Assembly (NCBI RefSeq): GCF_964355755.1
Contig: NC_092673.1
Span: 7,440,001 to 7,504,000 of the forward strand
Length of the DNA: 64,000 nucleotides
Direction: 5' to 3'
Origin: Antedon mediterranea
Lineage: Eukaryota > Animalia > Echinodermata
This document shows, piece after piece, positions 53,110 through 64,000 of this stretch. How positions within the stretch are numbered: the first letter of the stretch is position 1; every line of letters begins with the position of its first letter. The position numbers and the translations under genes were made by a program. The notes beneath the pieces were generated by a model that worked only from the letters and a program-made list of their open reading frames with translations, was not told the DNA's origin and did not search any database.

Positions 53110-55634
53110 ATTTGTTTGTTTTTTTATTTTGTATCAGCAGTAATAGAAAAGATAAATTAATTTAGTATTTTTTTCATGTGTGATCATTGTTTTTTAGTTA
53201 AATAATTACATATTGTGTAATTTTCCACTGCAATTTGGAATGAATTAAATATTAATTTAATTCATGCAAATGGCAATTACCGGGCTCACACATTTTCAAT
53301 TTTGTCTTTTACTTGGAAAAAAAAAATGCAGACAGTGCTGCAAAACATGATCTTTTCAAATTGATGCATGTGAATGTCTGAACAATTTGAAATTTACTCA
53401 ATACAACTTGTAATTAATTATACATTGTTTGTGCATTCAGATCACTGGTATGATGACTCGAAGCCAACATTTGGACTAATGAAGACCATAAGTTGACCTT
53501 TCCAAACAACTAAGTTTCAGAAGAGACTTTATGTCCATACTGAAATCCATGGGGTTGAAGGAACCAAAGATACATTTGACAACCTTATTAAACAAGATAA
53601 AACGTAAAGCAGCAAAAGTTGAGCAGACTGGTGAGTGGATGGAGTTGTTCATGGAAATGACTGATTTCTTAGAGATGCAGGCCATTATTGGTCCGGCGTC
53701 TGAGCGAGAAGGGATAACGCCGCATTGGCTTGAGCATGGAACTCCTGTTTTCCAAGGCCACAAAACAAGAAATGGAATAACTAACCATTTTAATTTTGCA
53801 ATCTTGTGCTGAGTTTGTGCATGTTAAATTAAATTAAAGGGGGATTGATTTCATGTGACAATTATGTTCTTTTAAAAATGACTGAGTAATTTAAACAAAA
53901 TCTTAAACTATTCTAATAGGTTCAATTCAAATTGTGTTCAATTTTGGTGGTCATACATTATTTGGATTTTGAATTAGAGCTTGTCAAGGTTTACGCATAT
54001 TTAATGAGGCTATCAAATGCCATATCATACATGTTCTTGCATTTCATCCATTTTTATGAGTATAAAATGCATTAATAAATATAGTTATGGTACATAATTG
54101 AATTAAGCATGTTTTAAGGAATTCATGCGCATTGAAAAAAAATGTATAGCCGCCACCTAATTTGCATATTTGGAATTTGCATATTTAATGACCTAATTTG
54201 CATAATTAATGAGGTACTTACATAAGAAGTAAATATTTTGATAGAGCTTGGAATACTTAATCACCATACCAAGTTTCATCACTGTGCTACGTACACAAAT
54301 CTTCTTCAAACTATATTCCCCGACAGAGCCATTTCGGCCCAAGAAGGAAAACGTTTTAGACGGCTTGCACCATGGACAGACGTATCCCGGCCGCGAGCCT
54401 TAACGGGTCACATTAGATAGACCACAAATATTTCTGCAAGCTTACTCAATAAAACTCGGCTATCAGGATTTCACTCAATTTTAAACAAAAGGTCTTATCA
54501 TCAGATCTCCCTATGTAATTTTATAATACTATTCCCCACAATTATACTACGATGTTTAAAGGCGTATATTTAATTTGATCTTTATTAATTTGCAGTATAA
54601 TTTTTATTTTTTAACTGCTGTACTTTTACACGCGCGGTCCGATCCGAAAATTAAAAAATAATAATTGGCTATAGCCACTAAACGGCCAACTTAGTTGAAA
54701 CCAGGAAGGTGCAAGGTGAACGCGTGAACTCATCGTGAACCCAGAAATTACTTCGACCGCGTGCAATTGAAATTTAATTGACAATCTAAGATAAAAATCA
54801 GAAATTATGTTATAAAACCCTTTATGATATCTTCCTAAGATAGAAATATACAACAATATCGTAATAGTGAAAACTAATGTTATCAAATTTACATTTCACG
54901 GTACATCTGAGATAGATCAGGTAGGTATCCAAGACAGAGATTTGTCCCGAAGTTTTTCCATTGTGCTCACCTATGTCAGAATTAACCATAATTTATATAT
55001 AGATATACATCGATTTCATGTTGCTCTATATACTAGAATTATTTAAGATGAAGGAAAGTGAAAATTCTGACATACCTGCGCAGCCATGTATACTCGCATT
55101 CTCAAAGGAGTAGATGAAGATGCTCGTATGATATATTATGTAAAGGTCGTAACACCTTTCTAATCCGATGTCCCATTAATATAGATCTAGAAAATGTGAC
55201 CACTTGATATCTTGCTTGTTGTACTACAGTATAAGAGAAAGAACTCGCATATTGTTTCATGTCATTTAATTGAATAAAAACAGAAAAGAACTAAACAGTT
55301 TAGTCAAGCGTACAAGTACTCTTGAAAGACTAACGATTAAAACTCACAATTGTGTATACCAGTGTTAACATTTGAATCATAACGAAAACTTATCTATGGT
55401 AACAGATGTTTTCTGAACTGGTATAAAATCAAAATTCTGGATATTAGATCTTCTAAGATCATAATTGGAGCTAATTTTTGAGTAGGCCAGTGAAGACGAC
55501 AGTGTTTAAATTTCCCTCCGTTCATCAGCCGAGCGAAAGCATTTTGGTAAGGCTTATTGTTTACCCTAACAACGGGCCTTCTTTACGCAACGCTCCACTG
55601 ATCACCATTATTGTTATAGAGACCGCTTATCACC

Positions 55635-57197
55635 ATGACGACACCAAACTATGCTGAACAAAGCGTCAAGCCCGTGTTCGTTGAAGACGATGATATTAGA
55701 AAGAAAGAAGAAGAATATGTCAAAGAAGAAATTATTTACTTTGCTCTAAATGTTGTGATTAACTGTGATTACCTTATTGGAACACAAAAAGTTAAAAATC
55801 TTTGGCGCATATATATCAATGGTCACAGAGAACGTGTAAAAGTTATAACATCGGGGCTTAAAACATATTAATGTACATGACATTAACCCGTATCTTAGTG
55901 GAGGAGAAAATACTATCAGAATACTGGTGAAAGATATTCCTTTGTCAGTAAGAAATGAAGAGATAACGGATGCTCTGAGAAAACTAGGATGTAAAATTGT
56001 AGGTCCCGTCCAATTTGTTAAATTCCGAATTAATGGAAAACTCTCACGTTTTCTGAATGGAGACCGAGCAGTGTTCGTAGAAACTTTTAAGGATAGCATG
56101 CCAAGATTTATCAAAATCAACAACTTCAATGCTAGGCTCTTTCATAAAGATCAAAAAGATGTATTGAAGTGTTTTGAATGTGGTATAGCTGGACATAAAA
56201 TAAACGAACGTCCAGAAAGGCTTGCGAAAATCACATGTCATACCTGTAATAACACGGCGCATATCGCAAAGAACTGCAAAATACTGCAGTCGACAGAACA
56301 ACTTCCATATGAGACTGCTGAAGAAAATAGTGAAAGTGATGGAGAAGGAGAGAATACAGAAGATGAAATAAAACCTAATGGCATTGATAACGAAAACAAA
56401 GCAATGGCCAGCACCACTAAAACAAAAGAAGTGATTGAAATTATTGAAGACCTCTTAAATAAACCTAGTAATCCTAGGAATGAACCTGACTCCGTTGAAC
56501 TAGAAAAGAGAGTGTAGACAATCATGAAGGAAGCGATTGATAAAGTAAAATCTCTAAGCGGTGATGAGAATTTGCCTTCAGAGAACCAAGGATCTCAACG
56601 CTCTAAGAAAGAGAAGAAAAAGAAAAAACAGCAAGAGAAGAAAAATGTAGAAAAGATGAAACAAGAAAAGAAACAAGGAGAGAAAAGTAAACTAGACAAA
56701 AGCACTAAAGGAATTAGACCTATCACAGATTTCGCTACCACTGCGAAAAAAGACACACTTGGCTCAGATACAGCGACAGCTGTTAGGCAACAATTCGCTG
56801 CAGGGAAAAGAAAGAAGATGACAGAAAGTGGAGACAAAAATGCGGAAAAGAAAGAAAAAAAGACTGACTCCGTAAATTAAATACACAATTATCTGATCGA
56901 CTGCTCTTTATGTAAAGAAAGAAAGTTAAAATATTGGATAATATAATGATATACAAAAATTAAAAAAATTTAAAAAAATGGCAATAAAAAGAAAAAAAAA
57001 CCCTCTTCATTTAATCTCATTAAATGCTAGAGGTCTTAGAGATAATATTAAAAGGAGAAAAGTATTTAACTGGCTAGATGAACAAAAAGTAGATATCGTG
57101 TTTCTTCAAGAAACACACTTTGATATAAAATTGGTGAAATGCTACGATACGTTATGGAAGGGATACACTTTCCATAGCTTTGGAACGACAAATAGCG
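55635..57197 (+). mobile_element. Tx1/L1-like LINE: disrupted ORF1 (zinc knuckles) plus start of ORF2 endonuclease, 3'-truncated
   Basis: ORF1 55635-56880 with frameshift near 55860 and stop at 56515; CFECGIAGH and CHTCNNTAHIAKNC knuckles; ORF2 from 56978 SLNARGL...DIVFLQETH. Confidence 0.88.
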
Positions 57198-57659
57198 CAT
57201 ACCTACACCGACATAATTGTAGGCGCTATTGTGCTAACAAACAAACAAAATACTATACTTAGCAAAATTATTTTGCCAAGTAATAGAATAAAGAAATATA
57301 GCGGAAAGTGGGGTGAGAGGAGGGGAGAAAAGGTGTCTAGTGTGGAGCCCGAATCTATCTCTTTTAGTACGGCACACTGTATACTAAGTGCTGCACTGTA
57401 GTACAAAACTGTTCATACGGTCGACCTGCTCGCTTTTTAGCTCCTGATATTTTGTACTCTTACATTTGTATATTTTTTGTTGATTTATCTTGTCTTGTCT
57501 TCTGTGATTTGTACGTTAAATGTCGGTAAACATGTTAATCTACAGATTTATACTTAGATTTTTGATATTTGATATTTTGGAGCTGAATTCGGTAAGCCTA
57601 CACAAATAATGTATACGCTCAATGATGATTGTACGTGCAATTGGAATGCATTTTTACAA

Positions 57660-57869
57660 TTTTTAGTCGCGTGGACGCGACTCAATAGTTCACTATATCG
57701 GTCGGTCGGTCGGTCTGTCAGTCTGTCTGTCGGTCCGGTATCACTATGCGTTTTATCGCTTTTCTGTACTTTTTGAACTGTTTTGATGTACAGAAAAGTT
57801 TTAAAGTACATTACTTTTTGAAAGTTCATTTTTTCTGAGAGCACGCGACTTATGGCTGTTGGCCTTGTT
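57660..57869 (+). mobile_element. Short DINE-1/HINE-like element (other short or partial copies at ~36476-36541, 46124-46208, 62412-62505)
   Basis: ttttagtcgcgtggacgcgact ... gcacgcgacttatggctgttggccttgtt. Confidence 0.75.
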
Positions 57870-59248
57870 TCAAGTTAAAAAACTTTTGATAGCAATTTCA
57901 TTTAGGTCAGCATGTGAAGTATCACATTTTATATTAAGTATTGGTTTTTAATTTCGTTTTTGTAGCTGGTAAATTCTATGACCGTCATCATAATAAAAGA
58001 CCAAATTGTGCTTTAATAAATTGGTTATAATATTTATTATTTACCTCTTATATCCCCAAAACACTTATTTGCCTGACTTTGAACTCTAGATTGAGTGGTG
58101 ATACCACTTTCTTCTGCCACTGGATATATTATGTTTGTATTTCGACCTTACTTGACCTCAAATTACCGGGGTTTTTTCAACGTTATTAGATATTGTTTCA
58201 GTGTTATGTAATCAATTGTAAATTGTATTTATTAAAAACCTAATTTTAATACGGTAATTGTTTAATTTTCCTTAGTTATGCATAGCAAAATTTGCTATGG
58301 TAACACTATAGGTAAAAATGAGATATTTAATATAAATTTAATTAAAATTAATATTAATTCAAATGTAGATTATTAGCAGGCATGCCTTATTTGCATTTTC
58401 AAATTACCATTTTACAAGGTCATATTTGTCAGGGCTTCCTTCTGTGATTATTCTTATTCATAAAAACCCCATATTTTATTTATTAAAAATATCCTTAGTT
58501 ACACATAGAAAGAGTAACAATTTGCCCTAATTTGACCTCAAATTACCCTTTCACATTTCAAGATGTAATCATAAATGTAATCAATTATTTGTAGTCATAA
58601 AAACCCCTTATTTTTAAAAGTTGTCCTTATTTATACACATAAACAGTTGCTAAAGTAACACTAAAGGTAAAATGTTGACCTTATTTGACCTCAGATGACG
58701 TAAAACGCATTCAATTATTTTCATTCATGAAAGCCCAATATTTTATTTTAAAATTATTCTTAGTTACGCATAGAAACAGGTTCTAAGATAACAATAAATC
58801 TTTCACAAGATCAGATTTATCAGGATTTTTTTCTGTGATTATTATGATTCAGTAGAATTAAATTTGAAACAAAGTAGAAAAGTAAACTATGTAATCATAC
58901 GCCTTTATCACGAAACGGAATACATCTTTGATCGATAAGATAAGAAAATACTTTTGATAACTTCCTTATAATGCATATTGCTATTTAAAACCTTAAAGAT
59001 AGAAAAACTAGCTCCACCAGATGTTTGTTAGCAGTGTCTTCATATTTACACTTGCATTCAAATTCAAATTCAAATTCAAATATTCTTTATTCATTCTCAA
59101 TCATGAAAATATACAACAACAAAATATGAGAACATAAAAAGATGAAAAGGAAACACATAAAAACTCAAAAAGAGCTTGATTATTATTTTTCTCAAGGTGG
59201 TAAACTAAGACCTAGCGTATCTTAATTTTCTAAAATTAATAACACTAA

Positions 59249-59383
59249 AGCCTTGTCTACACTATCAAACTTTATGTGTCAAAAATGTGATGTGCCCATA
59301 TATGCTTAAATATGGTATTGAAATGTCATATATGGGCACATCACATTTTTTGACACATAACCTTTAATAGTGTAGACAAGGCT
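59249..59383. mobile_element. 135-bp palindromic MITE (Harbinger/Tourist-like)
   Basis: agccttgtctacacta / tagtgtagacaaggct TIRs, flanked by taa and tga. Confidence 0.75.
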
Positions 59384-59477
59384 TGAGATATTTTTTTAAT
59401 GCGAGTTGTACCATTATATCATGGATAAGAATTTTCCAAAGATGTTTTAAGTTATTTCTGGTGTATCGGAATCGGAA

Positions 59478-60931
59478 TCTATATATAAATTTACGTAAGG
59501 GCAAAATTCGGTAAATCGCGCCTTACTTTTAGAATTTTTACTCGATGGTATATAAAGTTGGTTCGTACTTTCGGTACTGATTTTAACCACCTGATGTAAC
59601 CCTGTTTACTAATTAAATTAAGTTAGATAATTAGTTATTGACGATTAAAACGAATTTAGGTTCAACGATTTGCCCCAAATAGGGGTGTTTTCCGATCGTG
59701 GTATACACTCTCTAATGGATGTCCATCTTGAAAAATACCCGCCACAAAAATGCGAGGAGGCTTCGCATTTTCCTATCTCCTCCTACGATAATTGTTTTTA
59801 ATGGCTGAAAACCGGTTGAACAGCTCGAGTACAGTATCATAATGTTGAAGACAGGCCGATTTTCTTAAAAAAATACTATTTTGATAGATTTAATATACGT
59901 TTATGCAAATGTATTGATTTGAAATGAATGGAACATTCCAATCTCTGTTCCACAAGTGTCTATTCCCTCAGGCGTCGTAAAGGCAAGTACTGTATACTCA
60001 TAACAGAAATTCGATCCATTTTTTTTTTTCAATCTGTGCTGCAGAGGTTGGATATAGATTTTTTTAAACGGATAATGAGCTAGCGTTTTCAGTCGCCGTA
60101 TATTATGTACAAATCTTTATTATCGCAGTTAAACCACCCACGTGACATCATCACCCTTCCCTCACTGGCATGAGTAGCGTTGTAAAGCCAGTAGAGGATA
60201 GGCCTACGGTGCATCACATGCCCTAAACGCAGAACAACTTTGGTGGGTAGGGTTAGGAACCAACTTAAGTATGAATTGGCTCTAAGAAACAATTGAAAAC
60301 CATTAGGCCTACTAATTAAGTTGAGTTAGATAATTTAATATTTATTGACGATTAAATCGAATTTATGATTTGCCACGAATAGGGTGGTTTTCACAAATTG
60401 TTTTACATTATATAAACATAGTATACACGTCGTAGTGATGGTATCGTTACATGTACTATACTATTTCAATCGACTAGGACGGTGATGGTTTCAACAAAGT
60501 ATTACATCGCAATGTTTTACTGTGTTTAGTGGTATATTATTTGTAAAACATGAAAACAATTAATATTTCGTTACTACATGGATAAAGAATATATTTAAAA
60601 ATTGTTCCTCTTTGCACCCATCCTCTTTCCCATCCCTCAACCCTAATGTTACATACAAAACACAAATTAAGTTTGTTTAAATTTGACTTAAACAATTGGT
60701 CTCATTTTGTGACAAGTTTCTCTTTCGGAAGTAATTCCCAGGGTGCTAATTTTAGTTCAGTACATAAATCACAGTGTCTATTTATTCGTTCCTGTAAACG
60801 ACATGTATTATTGTCCTGCGGTACGTACATTTGAAATCGCCAGTTTTTTAACGCTGAAATTATTATGTATTCGAGAACCATCTGTGGGCACGACCTAGAT
60901 GGTACGCGAGCGAAGCGAGCGTACCATCTAG
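59478..60931 (+). mobile_element. Non-autonomous Helitron
   Basis: A|TCTATATATAA start, 3' hairpin and CTAG|T end, no TSD; three related copies in the window. Confidence 0.85.
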
Positions 60932-63237
60932 TATACTACAATTGGTACTAACTCATAATTACCCGTCCTAGCTAGTAAAGTATACAAAATAGATTATTTT
61001 TTAAAAGTTTATTTTCGACCTAACCAGTTAGGGGGAAATATCAAAATCGGCACTGTGGTCATGTTACAAGAGATGTCAAAACAATATGAATTATCTGATA
61101 AAAATCCTAGAAAGTAGAAAACCTTTTGCCATTTTCCCCTGACTGTAACCTGATTTTGGCATCAAACGTTGAAAATGTATATTTTATTAATTGCGTCAGC
61201 AACATTGTATTTGCTGTTATATGTCAGCGTATATACAATACGTAGTACATTACGCTACAGTATTTACGCAATGGAAATCGGTATAAAAGTATGATTTTAT
61301 ATTTATGTATACAGAGTTTGACAAGATCTTGGTATTTAGAAGGACCCACATGTCGGTAAATATTATTGTAATTTTAAAACTTCCTTCTATAAAGATGTAA
61401 AAACAAATAATAATTGCCACATTCCCGCCTTGTTTGTACCCGGTTAAGTTATTTGTTTGAAAAAACATCGACAACAACGTTGTTGTAGTTTTTATAATTT
61501 CTTGCCAGCAAGAATACATAGTGGATTTTATAACCTAACTAGCATTAGTATTTCTAATTTTAAATTTTGAACATTTTCACTTTTTGTATTTATTATATTT
61601 TATTGTACTAATCTTAAATTGCTAGAATCTAGTTTTCCACAGTGAGGGATTAATGAAGTTTTACTTTTACTTTACTTTGTATCGTGTACAAGAGTGTAAA
61701 CGTTTACCCATGGTGAAAGCAATAAATAGATCAATCATTAAGTTTTATTACCAATAAAGAAAAAACATTTTGTTTAATAAAGGTGGTTAGATTTCCCTTT
61801 TTAAAATTAATTTTAATAATAAATATTATAGTATACAAAAGTTGTTTTAAATATTCATGGTACATAAACAATTTGTTACTTCTGAAACAAATGTTCTACA
61901 AGAAATATTTCTAACATTTTGAATTTGGTAACAGTGGGTCTAAATGGAATTCTGAATTTTCCTAAATATTACGAGGTTTGCTTAAGTTGCAGTTGTTGTT
62001 GTACTGTAATTATGATGTACTGTAATTGATGACTAAATAAATGTGGAATAAATGAAATGAAATAAAAAATTAACACCTGTATATTATATAATAGGTGAAA
62101 AGTAATAATAAATTGAATGAGGTGCTCTATCATGATATAGATATGATATGAAGGTTTAATTAAAAAACAAGGATAATGTGTGTGTTCTAAAATGTGAAAA
62201 AAATAATGCATTATTTTTTTGTGAAATAAAAATTCGTTAAGATAAGTAAAAGGGCTTCCTCAAACCTATATCAGTTATTTAATGTAAGTTAAAAAGGCAT
62301 AATGAATAATTTAATTTACCAAGGTTATTCTAGGACAAAATGATCACAGCTTTTTGTTAATGTTTTCACATACATGGTTATTTATAATGGTCTACTATAA
62401 TACATGTTTATCAACAAGGCCATATACATGGCTGAAGTCGCGTGCTAAAGTTAGTGTTTACCGACCAACCGACCGACCAACCAACCGACCGACATAGTGA
62501 GCTGTAAATAAAAATAAAAAGCTAAAAAAACTAAAAATAACACCAACAGATTTAACAGAGATACTTTCTTTAAATATAACGTTATTGATAGTTAAAGTAC
62601 ATTTTTTAGTAACAACTTTATTTTTGGAGTAGAAAAATCATATAATTAGTGTTATTTTAATTAATTGTCAACTTATTGTAATTGCACCATTTAATATTGT
62701 ATTAATTATAGATAAATAAAGAAAGTCACCAGGAAAAGAGTGAAATAAATAGGTATCATCTGCAAAAAACCCTTAAGTAAAAAATCTGAATAATTTGGCA
62801 AATCATTTATATATTTATATTAAAACAAGACTGGATCCCAATACGGAGCCTTAAGGAATGCCACACACAATACCAAATGTTATTAAATAAATGCATCTGG
62901 TTCCGAATAGAATTAACTGGAAAATTAAAAACTGTAATGTTGAACTTTAAAAAAATCATACACCTTACACCTAAATACCTTTTTTGTATGTATTTTGTTG
63001 GGTTCAACATAAAGTAATAATTTTCCAGTTAATAATGTACGCTATCTGGAAAATAGTTGTTTAATAAAATAAGTTGTTTCCTGCTTCTAAGATTTTTTTT
63101 CCTCCAGTGCCATATGAGATCATTTGGAACATAGTATCGAATGATCAATTGTGTCAAAAACTTTATTGAAATCATTGATAAAACTTCGTTTATCCATGCT
63201 GAAATCAATAAATAAATCAATCGAACTGAAGATCATT

Positions 63238-63826
63238 GATGATGATGATTACTGCCTCTCCGCTGGAAATTCAGCCGACATTTACGCTTGGGCGGCTCCG
63301 TATATCTCTTTTACCAGTTTCTTCCAATCGGATCTTTCATTGGCTAGTTGTTTAAGTTGTTTGATGTTTTTCTTTGTTTTCAATTGTCCGGGATATTTGA
63401 TGTTTGTGTTCTGCTTATAAAGGGTGAGTAGGTCGTTGCTGAGAGTTATTGGTAGGGTGGTTCTCGGTCTTCCTCGAAATGTTATATTGGTAGTGTTTCT
63501 GAAATAATAGCGTATTGCTCTTTTAGCTGGTGTACATGGGTCTTGTCTGAGTATGTAACCCAATATTCTCCATCTTGCATCGACTATTTCTAACTAAATT
63601 GGTTTTGTTCCTGTCCTTCTGTATAAATTTATGTTCGATATCTTGTCTGGGAACCTGATACCTATAATTTTGCGAAGTTGCTGTCTGTGAAATGTGTCAA
63701 GTTTATGTGCTTCTTCTTTTGTGAGTCCCCATGTTTTGGAGTTGTAGAGTAATATACTTTTAACCAGTGAGTTGTACAGCTTAATACGTAATTTTAATTT
63801 AATTTATCTTTTCGAAGCCACATCAT
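63238..63826 (-). mobile_element. 5'-truncated RTE-like LINE with (ATC)n tail and 11-bp TSD
   Basis: LLYNSKTW, GYILR, RGRPRTT, ANERSDWK motifs; tgaagatcatt at 63227-63237 and 63827-63837. Confidence 0.85.
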
Positions 63827-64000
63827 TGAAGATCATTAACAAGATTAATTGAATATAATTTAGTACTGAACTTTTGTTTAAAGCCATATTGGTTTTGTCT
63901 AGCAATTGCAATTTTTCAAAATAATTGATCAATGTATTTTTGTAGTTTTTATAATCCAGAAATAAAGTGGGTTCAAAATATGACTTAACAACATTAGAAC

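Noticed and set aside
57330-57405. Possible tRNA or tRNA-SINE on the minus strand
   Set aside because: Too degenerate to fold into a cloverleaf by eye.
57950-58860. Degenerate repeats (ttgacctcaaattacc, ataaaaacccc)
   Set aside because: Periodicity and boundaries could not be defined by eye; probably an old repeat.

Overview
AT-rich, intron-containing animal (invertebrate) genomic DNA, not prokaryotic. Two spliced genes converge tail to tail. (1) A complete 7-exon PSMD5 (26S proteasome assembly chaperone S5b) on + at 4252-12623; my manual splice reconstruction gives 503 aa. (2) A 6-exon gene on - at 29439-53109 encodes a predicted membrane-anchored or secreted protein. It fuses an FkbM-like (Methyltransf_21) SAM-methyltransferase to a NodB/CE4 polysaccharide-deacetylase-like domain whose catalytic motifs are degenerate, and one of its introns is GC-AG. 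Between the genes lie a ~10 kb mosaic of abutting, almost all minus-strand transposon fragments (Sola-like, BEL/Pao, several Gypsy, Academ-like) and a 2.9 kb fold-back element. Introns and flanks are filled with non-autonomous elements: Helitrons, DINE-1/HINE-like elements, 9-bp-TSD Mutator-like MITEs (some nested), TTAA MITEs, LINE fragments (Tx1/L1-like, RTE, CR1/L2-group) and a Penelope-type fragment carrying a minimal hammerhead ribozyme. All calls are by eye from motifs; no database search was run.
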